Part shown: positions 35,705 to 50,206 of the stretch, one piece after another
Layout: the number at the start of each line of letters is the position of its first letter
How positions within the stretch are numbered: the stretch's first letter is position 1
Origin: Toensbergia leucococca
Taxonomy: Eukaryota
Assembly: GCA_022813965.1 (NCBI GenBank)
Contig: JALDZS010000075.1
Location: 1-64,000 of the forward strand
Length of the DNA stretch: 64,000 nucleotides
Reading direction: 5' to 3'
Position numbers and translations under genes: made by a program
The notes under the pieces: model-generated
Databases searched by the model: none
Told to the model about the DNA's origin: nothing
The model's input: only the letters and a program-made list of their open reading frames with translations

Positions 35705-37488
35705 ACGATCTACTGCCCCGTCTCTAGCTCCTCCGCATTTCACAGAATCAAAAGCCAAATTCTATTATTTCAAACGGGTGGAATGATTTGATATCCAAAA
35801 TACCGCTTGACCAAGTGCTGGGAAAGGGCATGGACTAATGGGCGTTCATTTGCACAGAAATGCGCGGGCATTGCAACTCAACTATCTTTTGTTCTACTTA
35901 TTATCCCTACGAGCACTCTTACTAAAACAAGCTAATCTCTTCGGTGAAGCTACCCCTATGGGTATCGTCACACTATCTGAGGTAAGATTCAAAACCGACG
36001 AGACAGTATGGAACAAGTCAGTATGCCCTGGATTTTACGTTTATGGTGTCCTGTTGGATACATTCGATGGCAATCTCGAAGAATGCGTTAAAAACGTACC
36101 TTCTTCTACTCCGTACTAAACCCCGGTTAATTGTCCGGAAGGCGCAAAAGGCCCTGGCTCTAGATTTCTTATTTTGGCACCGACTAAGGTGGAAAGCATC
36201 ATCAGCTCCTCTTTGAAGCCACCGCCCATTTTCTGTGATGCACTACAAAACAAGAAGCTAGGAAATCAATGAGAAGTAGTCAAGCCCGAGATGAAAACAA
36301 ATAAAGAGAGGTTTATGGCAGGTACCCTGCTATTTGCTGCTGCTCAGGATCTACATCCAAGACATGCCTGAACACTTGTGGCTCTAATAAACCTTACCTA
36401 TGAAGCGATGTATTACCGACTACAATGAGAACAGAGATAAGCATTAGCTCATCTTTGAACCACTCTCTCTTGCCGAACAACAGTGGTTTGAAGTGAGTAC
36501 TCACCCGCACTTCTAAGGTGCTTGTTCCCCCGCGTCACCAAAATGCTGTCCCGACGCCATGGCTCGCCTATCTCAGTTGAAACAACTTCATGTGAGGGCC
36601 CCACAGTCCTGTTCCATGTCTCTCAATTATGCGACCTGTCTTTCGCAATACATTCACAGTGTCATCACCTGCTGTCACTTGAATCGCCTTCTTGAGGTCC
36701 TCGTCACATACAATCTAGATTTGCTCCAGTCTCTGTATTGGCCTCGGCTCTGACATGCTATGTTCTGATGAGATCTTTTCCCTTGTCCTCTAGGGTGAGA
36801 AAGAACTTGAAGCGATACTGTATAGTATTGATTGAATTGCAACGCGTATTTAGGGTAATTTGCTTTCCAAGGTTTGCATGCATGGAAAAGGGAAGTTCGT
36901 TGTTGAAGAGATAACCGCTGCTGATAAAGCAAGGTATAGCTGATGAGATGCGTTGTGTTTGGCGAGTGCTCCGTGCGTTGTATACAAGATTGTGAAAAAA
37001 TTCATATGGATGACTGTGGATAGCTTCCAGACATGATTCTAGATGCAAAGCCAAAGCACTAAGCTACATACCTATGCGACCTGGATTTATAGGCTGATAG
37101 ACTCAGATAGGTAGGCCATTATTCCAAGTATGCGGCAGTGGGCTCAGTGTTACATATCTCTTTTCATCGTCATTGACTCTGTTATTTGCAAAACGTTTAT
37201 TATCTCCATCTAGACTGCCCAAATGAACATCAGGTTCAAGATGTGTTCGCGATAGGCGCCGATAAGCAACGGCTGTCTTCTTCCGACACGATCGACAATG
37301 TCTAGTAGGATCTACTTTTTCCGTTTCCTTCTACTTTTAAAATATCTGACTTAAGCAGGGACACTCTGGGTGTAGCAATTCCTGTTTTTTGCGACGCCTG
37401 AAGAATTGCGAAAATTGGCGCATATCAAGATCTAGTTAGACCTTCGTTTTGTGAATGTCCAGGTTGTTCCTGGACTTCAGCAGCAAGA

Positions 37489-38791
37489 ATGGCCGGCCTA
37501 TCGCCGATCACGCCGTCGGTCTCGTCAGACTTTTTCTTCTGTCATGCTTTCTACGGCCAGCCTGATATCTCAGACTGTATTGAAGCTCTTGAGCTCTTTC
37601 CAAGTGGGACCGGATTGAAGCCGTACTCTAGTAATCCTCCACCAGGACAGATGCAGTATACGATGCCACAGATCAGGCGATTTGGTTGGTAGCACCACGA
37701 GTCAAACCCATGGAACATTTTGCTTGGCTTAACACGTGGCTAGGAACTTGCGAGATAAAACTCCAGCCCGCCGGACCAGCGCCGCATCACAACCAGATTG
37801 ATCCCTACTGGTTTCGTCCGAACGATGTCCGGGATATGGCAAGTCGACTTATTGATGAGTGCGTTGGAAAGTCCAACGACGTAGGAGGCTTCATCACAAG
37901 GAATATTTCAGATTTAATCACTTACCTCACCGCGCCGAGTGCGGAAGTCACAGAGGATGATCCGGCCTTTCGTAAGACCATGACACTCGTTGCTTTATGA
38001 GCATGGATACTGATATACGGTGCAACCCCAAAGCTTTGAGTATCACCTTTTACACAGTAACAATCTGGAGCTCGGATTTTCCTGACGACGATTTTAATCC
38101 TGGCGATGTTGATCCAGCGATTGGAGTGACCCTCCTGGACCATATCACGGAAGCATATGATAATGCCGCGAAAGGAAGTCTTTTGCAGACCGAGCTCAGC
38201 TACCGGCGTAATTTCTTCGAGAGAAGTTTAGATCAGATGAATCGAAACGATCAAAAGCCATGGTGGAATGTACCAGGAGCGGAAACGGACGTCGACATGA
38301 CCTACGCCTGCGACGTAAGATTGGGAGGTCCCGATATAGTTGACTGCAGCAAGCTAGAATACTACATGGGCGGATCATCATCAGATGAGATCACCATTGG
38401 ACCTGGGGCGACTACTTTCTTTCATTCCGACACCTGTAATGTCGCAATATCAGCCACTGTCACCATGAGTCTTTCATGGGCACAGATAAAATCTGCTTTA
38501 GATATGCTAATTAACTTGTGTGTGGGAAATCCGATGCTAGCTTCAGTTGGGGGAAGAGCTTATTTTGGCTACCAAAACCTCGATGATATGGGTCAGGGTG
38601 GGCGAAAGAAGAGGGACTCGAACATAAATTCTTTTGATGCTTTACCACCCCACGCCAATATCACTGTCTTCCAACAATTTGAGAGTTTTGTGAATGTGGC
38701 ACGCCAGTCTCTGACTTGTACATGGCAACATGTTCTACTCGGGCAAAACGTCAGAAGTTGCGGGATTACGCCCCATGGGGGAGGGCACTAG
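37489..38791 (+). CDS. Cys-containing hypothetical fungal protein; 2 introns visible, 5' end uncertain
   Basis: ORFs 37489-37692, 37686-38000 and 37997-38791 can be spliced together. Two similar Cys-spaced modules: C...P.ISDC..A / C.....GGP.IVDC and LIDECV..GG / LINLCV..VGG. Confidence 0.7.
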
Positions 38792-39502
38792 CGTCATGCC
38801 ATCGTTGGCTGAGGTGTATCCTGATATTTCGCTAGTATGCGGCTGGATTGTGCAGATTATGTTAAGAAAGGATTGCGTGCCCCATAGGAAGAACCGCAAT
38901 AGGGCGATAGGAAAAGTGCTCTGATGCTCAGCAGTCTGAAGGCACTACTTACAGCTACCATAGGAGTATTGAGTCAAGCTCAGAAAAATGACAGCTGGTG
39001 GAAGTTGAGGCCAGCTCCGATAATCACGCGGCCATGAAGAGCAGTGGAATGCTGTGAATCCAAGATACAAACAACACGAGAGCTTTCGTCCCCGGGAAGA
39101 TCAGCGGTGAGTTTTGCGGTGACCAAGTCAGGACTTGACTGCGTTACATCGTGGGTTTCATTCTTCTGAAAGAATTATCCGCTCTTATCGAGTTTCAAAC
39201 TCTTTCAGCACATCTAATCAACCATGCTTGGGTCAAGCTTAGGGAACTCAGGGCGTTTCGCAAAAATCTTTTTAAACTTAATGCCGCTCATTGCAATATG
39301 ATTTTCAGCCACCGCCTAATTCCGATGCACCTGTCTCTTTCAAAGAATTGCGTTGGATAGTGTCTGTCATTCGCTCAAGAATAAGTCTCTGCCTCGCGAC
39401 AGCCGCCAAACTCAATCTCAGGTGCTATATATACATTGAAATGTATCCCATCTTCATCAACACTGAAAGCTGCTTTTCCACTCCTCCCCAATCTTCATAA
39501 CC

Positions 39503-40159
39503 ATGACCGTGTTTGTGTTTCTTGCGCTTGCCTTCCTGATCCGCTCAGGCTTGGTGTCTGCTGTTCCAAGGCTCCCAATAGGCATCATCGTCGACGCAGC
39601 ATCAGGATCAGATACAAGTCAAGGCAACGTCACGAGACTGCCTTCCAACGGCACCAACACCAACCTCACCACCGGCTTCAACTGTTCCTCCCTCATCTCT
39701 AAACCCCCTGCGAATTGGTACGTCAACTCGACCATAGTCCACAAGCGCCAGAAAGACACAAAGACCGTAGTGGTTGACGGCAGAGCAAGTTGCGTGAATG
39801 CGGCTCAGATGGTCTGTGACAATTTCACCGCTTCATCACAACAAGGTTCTTGGACGAACGCGACTTATGGCGGTTGCTGGGTTGGTATCTTTGTTCCTAG
39901 CACCGCCAAAACTTTGCCCAGTAGCGACCGATGTACGCAGCAAATATTTGGGCCCATGATCGACACTTGCATCAACCAGACCTTGGTAGACGAACATCAG
40001 CCGTATGACGAAGCCTCTTACAACATCTCTCCGCACAATACCGTGGTTAAGGGTGGATGGGAGTATGACAAAAACTGGCCGTCTTACTTGGTCATGTCGA
40101 CAAACGAGTCAGCCGCCCTCTCGTCCAATCCAAATTTCACCGAGGCACTACATGGATAA
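39503..40159 (+). CDS. Small secreted Cys-containing protein (effector-like)
   Basis: 218 aa, hydrophobic N-terminal signal, many N-x-S/T sequons, KR dibasic site (VHKR|QKD), 6 Cys. Confidence 0.75.
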   Translation: MTVFVFLALAFLIRSGLVSAVPRLPIGIIVDAASGSDTSQGNVTRLPSNGTNTNLTTGFNCSSLISKPPANWYVNSTIVHKRQKDTKTVVVDGRASCVNAAQMVCDNFTASSQQGSWTNATYGGCWVGIFVPSTAKTLPSSDRCTQQIFGPMIDTCINQTLVDEHQPYDEASYNISPHNTVVKGGWEYDKNWPSYLVMSTNESAALSSNPNFTEALHG

Positions 40160-41863
40160 GCCAAGGAGACTGAAACCAAACTTTTTTGGGATGAAAAGCC
40201 TTCTACTGCTTCTTCAAGAACGACTTGAGCGGTATCAAATAGTCTAAGTCTCTGTCGGACTAGTGTTCTCAGAAAAGGTTTCGAGGTATATATTCTATTC
40301 GAATGTAAAGGCAAAGGTCTTCACTCTATCGTCTTCCTTATAGAAACGAGTACTATTGACTCTATGCACAACCAGACCATGTTCCCAATCCGTTCTAGTG
40401 CAGTACTACTAAGGACAATTCCGAAGGTATGTCGGCTGTGGATATCACTGGTCAAGTCCTTAACAACCTCGGTACTAGTGCCTCTTGCTGCTCTTTGAAG
40501 TAGTGATCTAGAGCCGACTCATCTGAGGGATAGAATGCAGCGTCATTTCGCCCAGCTTTTGACGTGCACACTGGACAAAGCTTCTCGAAAGGGTTTCCAG
40601 AGTCCGAAAAGGCCATGCCAATCCCAATTAGAGCCTCGGATACTGCATCTTTCGAGCGTTGTTGAATCTGCGGTTGGGCTTTGTCTTGCGGCAAGCTTTC
40701 AATTCGGCTGTGAGCCTTGATATTTGCTGCAAATTTTTGAGTAGACTCGGGCTACACAGTAAGCGCATTAGCCGGGCCCAAGGACCTGAGCGCATAAGCC
40801 AACTATATCCAAAGACATTGAACTCGGGACAGCTTCCACATACAACGTTGGTAGCGGTCATTCGTGCGAGCTGGATTTGCTCCAAGCATCCGATGGGGCT
40901 GTGTTTTAGTTCCATTTTGAGCGTGATACCCTGATTGACAATAATGGTGTCGACTAGCATGGAATGGATTACCTATGGAATGTAGTCTTATATAAGCCAG
41001 GCTGCCTGCATGAAGGTGATTAGGAGACGACAAAGTAGGCAATGCTTATGCTAATCTTCAATCTTTTATAAGCCACATGCACCCACACAGGGGAAAGAAT
41101 GATCTTGCCCGGTTTCGCTTGACTTACTGGGCGTACAATTAGGGTTACCTAATGAAGCTTAGTCTTACTTGGCTTGCGCCCCAGAGACTAAACATCAACT
41201 CACCGGTCCAAGTATCCACTGTCGACGCCCCCCTCCTTTTTCCCAGCAAGGGGAGGGAGCCTACGTAGTACAATGTCGCTCCTTCACTGCACCGCTACCT
41301 GCGCCTTCTTCGAGAAAAGTTCCTGTAGTCGACTACATCATTCACAAGACCTCGTTGAATTTATAGGCATGGACCAATCTTGCTCCAGCCGTCAAACCTC
41401 AATCTACAAACCAACAATGTCAGTGAAATCTTGCGCTCTGTAGTTTCTCTACAGTATGATAAATCCGGTGCCAACAACGCAGGCAGCTCTAGGTTCTCCC
41501 CATACCAACCCCAACCCAGACGGCCTGAATTCAGGGCCTGCCTCTCCATGGTCCTTGCTCGACTTTTCTCACTCCGCTAGCACAAGCTCATTCGGCAACG
41601 CAAATTCCTATCGCAACAACTCGGACCTAGCTACTCCTAGTAGTGGTAGTTCTTCAAGGAAAAAAGCTTCCAACTCAAGTTCAGAAAGATCTGCCTCAAA
41701 TGGCTGTCTACAGAGCCCATCTCGTGTACGAGAAAATGTTCACGATCCGCCGAGGGGAAGGGCAGGTCGGGACCAGAATTACAGGCCTACGCAGGTCAAT
41801 CCGGTACTTGTCAAAAAAATTGGTACAAGGTTTAATTCTTGCTAAGTAAATCAGATAGATTCA

Positions 41864-43952
41864 GTGAATTTACAATCGGAATCAGGATCGTCGTACGAAT
41901 ACAATCTAAACGATATGTATACTCATGAGACAGACATTCCCAGAAACTACTGGCCCAGGTCATCCGATCCATGGTCGTCAACTCAGCCAGAGCTCGATGT
42001 GATGGATGAGATCGGAGAGTTCCCTATACTAGATAACCAGCTTGTTGCACATTCGGACCCGAACGGATCTTTACAATCTACAGACCAGGAAACTTTTTCT
42101 CCACCAACGCTGTCTCTAAGCCCTCTCCAGACGGCTCCTCTTCTGGGGACAGAACGAAGCTCTCCTTCAAATATACTGTGTTCTCGACCGTCATCTAGCG
42201 AGAACCATATGGGGGCTTTTGATGACTCTCCCTTTGTGTCTGGGGATCTTTTCAATCCCCAAGATTTCCAATGGGTCGCGAGTAATGATCTCTTGGACTG
42301 TTTCGCGGCTGTAGATAATTTATTTCCCGTGGAATCTCAGGCCGACCAAGGCGATGCCTCGCTGCCAGCTAATGTCCGCATTTCAGAGTCTAAAAAAGAC
42401 CACAAAATAGGCAAGGCCAAAAAACAAAGACTAGATCCCTCCCAGAGACTGAAAGTGCAAAGAGTACGACGGCTGGGCGCTTGCTTAAGGTGCCGAGTGT
42501 ATCGGGAGACTGTAAGTAACACTTTGATGTCTTGGTCTAGGCTAAATTTGTCAGTGCGATGAGAATACACCGTGCGGCAGCTGTACCAGAAAAAGGGCAA
42601 GTGCAACTATCTTTAAACAGCCCTGTTATCGAGAATCTCTTGATAGCGTCGTGGCATTTAGACTAGGTCAGCTTCTTCTCCATTCATACTCTCTACCTGT
42701 GTATTGCATTGTCAATCGAAAGCAGTACCTCTAAAAAATCAACAGGGAACTCAACTCAAGGCCAAGCGCGAGGCGTGTATCCAAGACTGAATTGGTCTTC
42801 GGACGACCCCAACATCAAGCAGATACAATTGATTTATCCACACGCAAACGGAGTCTCCCCGATCTTGAAATTGAACTGTCGTAAATTCCTGCCGGGTCCA
42901 AAGGACGTCACAAATCTGACGTGGGGTTCCAACGGCCAAACGAAGGAATTAGATATTCCCCCGTATGCAATCGTGGGTGGTTTATTTTCATAGAACGAAG
43001 GTAGAGCTGACCTTATGCAAAGTTCGATGTAGACATTGGATACAAAGCAATGGAGGTCTTTATGGACCAATGCCAACCTGCGCTCCACGCATCTGTCACC
43101 AAGTCAACCTCGGACACCATCCTACTGTTGACATTGGCAGAGGCACAGCGTTTCTCAGAAACACATGATGTTGCAACGCTCGCAAGTGCGCTTAAGATCC
43201 GAGACTTTGCTGTGAAACGTGTGGCCATGAATGACGCCGAGACACTCGGTATTGGCGTTGTCAACGACAGACAATCCCGGCATCACAACACAAGACCGAT
43301 ACCTCGATTTGTGAACATCCAAGTGGAAATCATGGTAAACAATATCATCGACAGTCATAAGAAACGAGTAATTCGGAGACTGAAGGCTTTGATTTTTGGG
43401 AGTAGGGCTATAAAGTCTTGGTTTGAAATCTATCTAAGCATTTTCCTCCTACTCGACACCCTTGAATTTGCATATCAGTGGCAGCTGAAGTATGTTGGCT
43501 GGGCAAAAGGTACAGTAAGTAGAGATAATAAGATTGATGAATGACTTAAAGACTGACTCGCTGGACAGTCTCTTTATAGCTACATAGACTATGTCACCAA
43601 TTACATGCTCGAAGAATGGCAATACTCGGCCGAGATCCTCATAGCTCATTTCCGCTGCGTCCTTCGAGGCCAGACGCCTTTCTCTCAAAATGCCGATGGA
43701 AATACCAACGGCTTTACTCAAATGGGCCTCGATCCTGAATCTGTCACGTACCTACAGAGAATTCAATCTTTGATAATGGCAAGAAGTAAGCCGCCTTTCC
43801 TTTGAATAGCTGTTCATCTGTTCATATTCGATATCATTACTAACATGAAGATGATACTTTAAGAGGACGAATTTGAACAGATTCGAGGCACTAACTCGTT
43901 CAAGTTGGACAAGCCTTATGTCTGGGTGTCACAACTATTTCTCGGTGGATGA
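41864..43952 (+). CDS. Zn-cluster-type fungal transcription factor; multi-exon, 5' end uncertain
   Basis: VRRLGACLRCRVYRET|CDENTPCGSC across an intron; middle region SWFEIYLSIFLLL, ILIAHFRCVLRG; ends WVSQLFLGG*. Confidence 0.75.
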
Positions 43953-44203
43953 AGACTTGAAAGTTAGCCTTCACACCCATAAAAGCATGAATGTAAGATA
44001 CGCCGATGGGACAACGACTATGTTCAGCTATGGTAGTTGGAAACACGCGGCAGATTTCGTAAAATTATGTTCTCATTAGCATTCATCGATCCAAAAGTCG
44101 CAGACCAAATCACAAAACTTGATAGTGACGAGTTCACAGCTGACCGAACGAGAGACTGACGCTTCTTCTTTTCCCGATTCGGAAATTCAAGCGGATCCGA
44201 CTT

Positions 44204-45577
44204 TCAATGCCCAGCGGAGAACATGAATGGATTTTTGAAAATGTCGAATTTCTCGTCTTTGTCTTCGTGGTCATACAAGCGTTTCCACACGGCATCCAAT
44301 TGTGGTGGAAGATCCCATGCCTCTGCGTCGTCTTTAGCAATAAGACGAAGTAAATGTCTCTTATGACCAGTGCTCTCATCGTCTACAAAGCTATCTCTAG
44401 CATGCATCATGCCCAAGTTGTTGAAAGCTATAAGATCACCTTCCTGAAAAGTAATCTTGATTGCGAGCTTCGTTGCCAGGGATTGTACGACGTCAAGAGC
44501 TTCAAGCTGTTGTTCACAGAGAGCAGGCATGAAACTCGGTCGTGGGCGTGTTTTCGTTCCGGTTATTCTCACTCGTGAGCAGTCCATGATGACATGGGTA
44601 CCGTCGATAAAGAGTATTGGGCGTTTCTCGAACCCTTTTTCTTTCGAGGGACTATTGCCATTCAGCATCAGCACACACTGTTTGCGATAATCGATGGATG
44701 GTGCTTACGATTCAAAGATCCAGTCATCAGTAAGAATCGGAACAAGGTCTGCTCTTGTACGCAGCAATTCTTGATAAATGTCGCTGACCCTTGCGAGGAA
44801 GAATTCTCCCCCAGTCTTACTCTTGGATACAGTAAACAAGGATAGAACGTCACCAAGATCATTATGGAAAAGCTTCTCAGGTCAGTATCTTCTGATTTTA
44901 TCTGTGGTTTGTCAGTTCTGCTAACTTACCATTGGCCCGGAGAGGTTAGATGGCGCATGATAGTCATTGTCCGCAAAATATGCCGTCGACAAGGCTGTGA
45001 CATGGTCTGCTCATTTGCTTAGTGGGCTGCGTCAAAGATCCTTGGTGGACTTACGCAGGACAGTCTTGTCCCCACCGTCTGTCCCGGTCATGGCTCTTTT
45101 CCCAGCGATATGGCACGTCAGTCCGGCATGAGCAATGACCTTTTGTATGTATGTGAGATTGATGGAATTAAGTCCTCGAATAAGTACGTGTCCCTGTTGG
45201 CTATGAATCGCTTCACTGGCCTTCCTCAGCTTCGGAGACAATGTTGGTAAGCGAAACGTAACGGGATTGATCATGTTCAACGCAAGGCTAGTCTCTGCCC
45301 GAAAGGAGTCAGTCACCAGCGTGTAATCCGGTACAAAGAACCTACTTTCAACGTTGTGGACCGCGACCTCGACCTCTCGAAGTTCATTGGCCGTAAGAGA
45401 CCATTCAACGGCTTGCTGCTCAGCTTTGATTGTCTCTAAAATATCCGGTTTCTTCAATCCAGGGACTGTCAATTTTGGAACGCTCCACAGCGTTTGCCCT
45501 TGCTCATTACCGAAGTAGGAAGCAGACGATCTATTTTCTGCGAAGTCTGAAAGGTCGTACAGGGCATGTGGCGCCAT
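44204..45577 (-). CDS. TauD/clavaminate-synthase-like Fe(II)/2-oxoglutarate dioxygenase (3 introns)
   Basis: GHVLIRGL, FHND (HxD), QEGDLIAFNNLGMMHARDSFVD, RHLLRL. Confidence 0.85.
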
Positions 45578-48500
45578 ATCTGCAAATTAATGGCCACCGA
45601 CAGGTGAATCCGAGAGATTTCCAAATAGAGTAGGCTTTGATATAGGGCTGAATCAGGCGACTGGTACACAATGGAAAAATGGGTCGCAAAAGGGGGGCAA
45701 GCTTTTTCCATGTTTTAATGCCCACAGGCTGCTCGACCATGGCGTTAGAGCCTCACAGCAGTGGAGGGTACAGGCATCGAGCAAATCGGATGCGGTGTGA
45801 TGTCGATCACCACACCATTTAGTTTTCTCGCCAATGAAGGTAGAGTATGTTTGATGCCATGCATCTGCATAAAGCCCGAAGGGTTGGGTTGATCAGGTGA
45901 GTATATTATAAAGTATGCACATGTTGCTGTATCCCAATGAGCAGAGCCTCCAACGGAGCAAACGATGTCTTTTATGGCTTGATCAGACTTGATGATATGG
46001 ACTAGATTGCCAGTCGGAAACACCATCTTGCTTGGCGAAGCTGCACTATTATTGACAAGAACACCTCATTGGTCGATGCCTTTACATTATCTGCCGTCGA
46101 ATCCTCAAAGGGTTTCGAAAGGATACTAGACTATGTTGTCAAGGAAAGATTACCCCTAAATGAAAAGGGCTCTTTCTTTTCCATTCTACTCTTGATAAAG
46201 GACTAAAATAATGTACCAATGCTGTTGGAAAATGAAAGATGGACTCACCGATCCGAGTCAGGTGGCAAATCAACTGCCCAGGAGGCTAGCTAGTACTATG
46301 GACAATACCTCCTCCATACACAAGGAGTGCATCTACCTTCGTTCCTACGACAAAGATGGCCAAGTCGAGAATCTTATCTCTAGCTAATTTTCAGTGTGTT
46401 ACCCTGGCACAACGGATGGTTTAGTGTGGAGGATTCTTATCCTTGCCCTCACGGCTTTCTCTTTCCTCAGCTCATATTTGCGACTTTATAGAGCCTCAAC
46501 CTCTCGGATGGTCTATGACCCGGACGCTTGCACGGGAACATGTGCTGTACATATCACTAGGCCTGATACAAATGCCGTCTTCTTACACTACGTTTTTTTA
46601 CTTCGCCGGAAACATCGGCGAGTAAAGACGGCAGTATCCTACCAGCTTGATCCAATCTTGTCTCCTGAAAGGAGCCCTTTCATCGGTGCTATGGATTCTA
46701 GACCTTACTTCACGTCGAGTCTGAACTACACATGCAGCTCTTTGTGACAGTCCACATCCATGGGCAAAGCCTAAAATCATCTCATTGCAGTCTATAACTG
46801 CTGATTCGCGGCGATTGACGAATTCAAAGTGGTCTTTCAGCAAGAAGATGACAAAGACTCGTTCCGGATAAGACATGCGGCATTCCATTGGCCCATCCCC
46901 TGTCCAGGGATATTATCACGATCGATCGATGCCGACGATACTGAGAAAAGAGCTCTATTGCTCTTATGCACATAAACGCCCATCAGTCATAGGCTATCTC
47001 CATGGATATCGTTGCTATGTATCGAAGAAGACCGTTTCCATGGAGTTTGGTCATGTATACATGGATGATGATATGCGCCAACAGCATGCAGCCAATGCTT
47101 CTCAATACGTAATAAGAATGGATATGCCTAGAAGAAGCGAGTTTGAAAGCCGATGAACCCTAGGCTTAGGGTAATCCTATTGTGGCTGACATCCAGCCAG
47201 GAATGAAGGCATGTAATGTATTCCTACCAATGCTAGGTGTCCCAGCTTACATCTTCGTGACAGCTTCAGCTTACACGTGTCAGTGTCATGCTTCTCATAG
47301 GGTACCAAACGAGAAGATACTACCGACCGGACTTTTTGAAAAGCTCTCGGTAGCTCAAGATAACCACCTACCAAAGCTGAGGCTCAATTTTAGTGTTGTC
47401 TTCACTGCCTGGCACCGCTTAGATATGCTCGATTGCTAAAATGCCTGATTGGGAGGGATTGACTGGACGTATTTACTTACGCTACTTTCTTCCACCTTGG
47501 GACTGATTGCTTGTCTTCTTATGCAAGTACCCCCTTACCGAGCCATTCTCTCCGATATGAATGCATGTCATGCGTACGGTTGTATGACCATGATGAGGCT
47601 ATGCCTCGCGGTCACAACCTGCCCCGGCCCGTACTCCCATTCTCATCATCTTTTATATCGGAAATATTCCAGCCTCAATTCAAGGAGACAAGCTTCTCAG
47701 ACTTCTTTTACGCTACGTTGTCGTTAAAGTAGTCAGGACATATTTCTGTCCCACAATGGAAGCAATTGGAGCCGCGGCCCCCTTGCAACAGCTAATAGAG
47801 AGCGCGTTGAGTGTCGCTAGAACATCACAAAGGCTTAAATCCTACAAGGCAGCCTCGAATGAACTCAAAGCGGTAGAATTTCAAGTCACATTTATACAGG
47901 CGTTGACAGACGAGTTCAAGAAACTCGAGACTGAATTCGACTCTGGTACCTCTCAAGGTAAGACAATATCCTGTCTTTACAAGCAACTTTAGTAGACACT
48001 GACCTGATCGGCCGATGTAAAGACATCCTACCTGTTGGTCCGCGTTCAGCGCTCGCTGGATCACTAGAGGAAACATCTGGGGCCTTTCGAGCATTGAGGT
48101 CTACATCTGAGTGTTGTCAAGATCGGCCTACCGTCAGTGATCGGCTGCAATGGGCATTACTCCGCAAATGATCGATTGAAGAAATGGAAAAGAAGCTAAG
48201 AATACATTATTGATCACCTTACAACCAATCAGTCTCCGACTTTCGACGATACACCAAGCATCACTAGCGGAAGTTCTCACTGTTCAGCAGTCTCTTCATC
48301 GCCAAATGAGCAAAACATTTGCGACAGCAGTACCGACGAGGACTGATTTCTCCAAAGAAGGCGTTGAAGAGCTTGGTCGGCGTTTGAGTGGGGAATAACC
48401 ATCTGCATATACCACAGAGTATCATGCGTTCGGCGATGTTCCTCAAGCGACGCTGTGCACAAATATCTAGCCAGAGAATGATGTTGAGTCTCCTGTATCA

Positions 48501-48877
48501 GCCATCTCGTGGTATACAGAGACGACTCTTTTCGACTCGAAGTCTTCAGGTGTTGCATCCGTCTCATGGAACTACCAGAGGCGGTGCCATGCCCTTTCGA
48601 TGACAGCGAGACTACCCTGGTGGCTGGGCCACTGGTCACTATCATTGGAGCTCAAGTTCGCCAATACACACTCGCTTGGTCTAGCTTATCAATCTCATCT
48701 AGCTTTATCGGCTTGAGTATTTACTGAGCGGAGTAACTACTCAGCGTCAGACTCACCATTCGTTCGGGCGTGCAGGGAAGGTGACGAAAGGACTGTGGGA
48801 CCTCTAATCACCTTGAGGCATGCAGGCCCTAATGATTACTGCGGCATCGAAACCTTTCATGGTGATACAGCTGAGCA

Positions 48878-49420
48878 CAACGCTTTTGATAGTCCTGGAC
48901 TATTCCATTTGGTAGTCGGTCCGTTCAGTCCGAGGTTTTGAGTAGTCCGTCCAGGACTATCACAGAAATCTGGTGGACTATTCCAGATATTGAGACTAAT
49001 AGTCCCGGACTATTCAATAGGTACGTACCTATATCTAGACCGATAGTCCAGCTCTAATACCTGAATAGGCTTAGTGCTATCCTGAATAAGCTTAATGATA
49101 GTCAAAAATCTGAATTTTCGCTCCGAAACCATGGAAATTGCCCATCCTCATCTACCCATTTTCATCAACAACCATGAATAGTGACAATGACTCAGATCTA
49201 TCGGATCCTCCTAGTCCTTTCAGTCATATGAAATGCTTAAAGAGTTGATTCTGAATAGGTCTATACACAGAGGAGGATTTGCACATAATCATGGCTGCTT
49301 TGAGTGACGATGAGTGCTTGGACTATTACACCCTTCGGACTGAACGATGGACTTACATATAAGTAATCCATGGACTATTACAACCTGCAGGACTCATAGT
49401 CCGGACTATCAAAAGCGTTG
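48878..49420. mobile_element. Non-autonomous hAT-like element (MITE), 543 bp
   Basis: TIRs CAACGCTTTTGATAGTCC(T)GGACTAT at both ends; perfect 8-bp TSD GCTGAGCA (48870-48877, 49421-49428); repeated subterminal TAGTCC/GGACTA motifs. Confidence 0.92.
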
Positions 49421-50206
49421 GCTGAGCATAAATCCACCGAGGATTGGTATGGAGATACTGCAATTTTTACGGTGCGTACACTCATTCTTAAAAAAATAGA
49501 AAGATAGACTTAAGGAGGCTATGATGGCTAATCTCACAACGCAGCTGGCCATCGCCTCGGGAAAGGGAGCCCTAGTCCGATGTCTGATCAGTAATGGCGC
49601 AAATGTAAACGTCACACTAGGAAAGCGTCACACGTAGGTACGCATGATCGTCTAAAGCTTGTGACAATCGGCAAAAGAAAACTGACGCTTCTTCAGGATG
49701 AAGAAGTCCTCTTCAGCTCGTACTCTAGCTTTCTGACATTGAAGTTTCGAGATTGCTGATCGCAAATGTGTCTTCCCTGGGCCATGTTGATTACCTTTCA
49801 CGTACCATGGCGCATTCTGTCTTCTCGCATTTGGAACTGATGAAAGAACTAATCAGTATGATACATAACATGATAGAATTGCTAAAGATCGAGTACCTAG
49901 GAGAGAAACAAGCTATCTATAGGCAAAAATATAAGGGGTCAGCCACACGCGATGCAACCTTGGATCCAAATCGAGTCCTTGATCGATAATTTCGACAGGA
50001 ACCAAGAGAGCCCCGGTACGAAGCTGCCCATACTTTAATTGAGATTCTTCCAAGTTATGGGTACACGGATTACGACGTCCAGGATGGATGGAGCCGCTAT
50101 GTACTCACGAGCGCTGTCTCCGTGTGCTCTCAAGAGACCGCAAGGCTTTTGATTCAGCAGGGTGCATCAGTGAGCCCATGTACATTTCTGGCGTTCATAT
50201 GATAAA

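Noticed and set aside
41864..45577. TF plus dioxygenase as a secondary-metabolite cluster
   Set aside because: No PKS, NRPS or terpene synthase in the window; adjacency alone is insufficient.
47155..47180. Isolated TTAGGG-like motifs (also near 41140 and 7850)
   Set aside because: Single units, not telomeric arrays.
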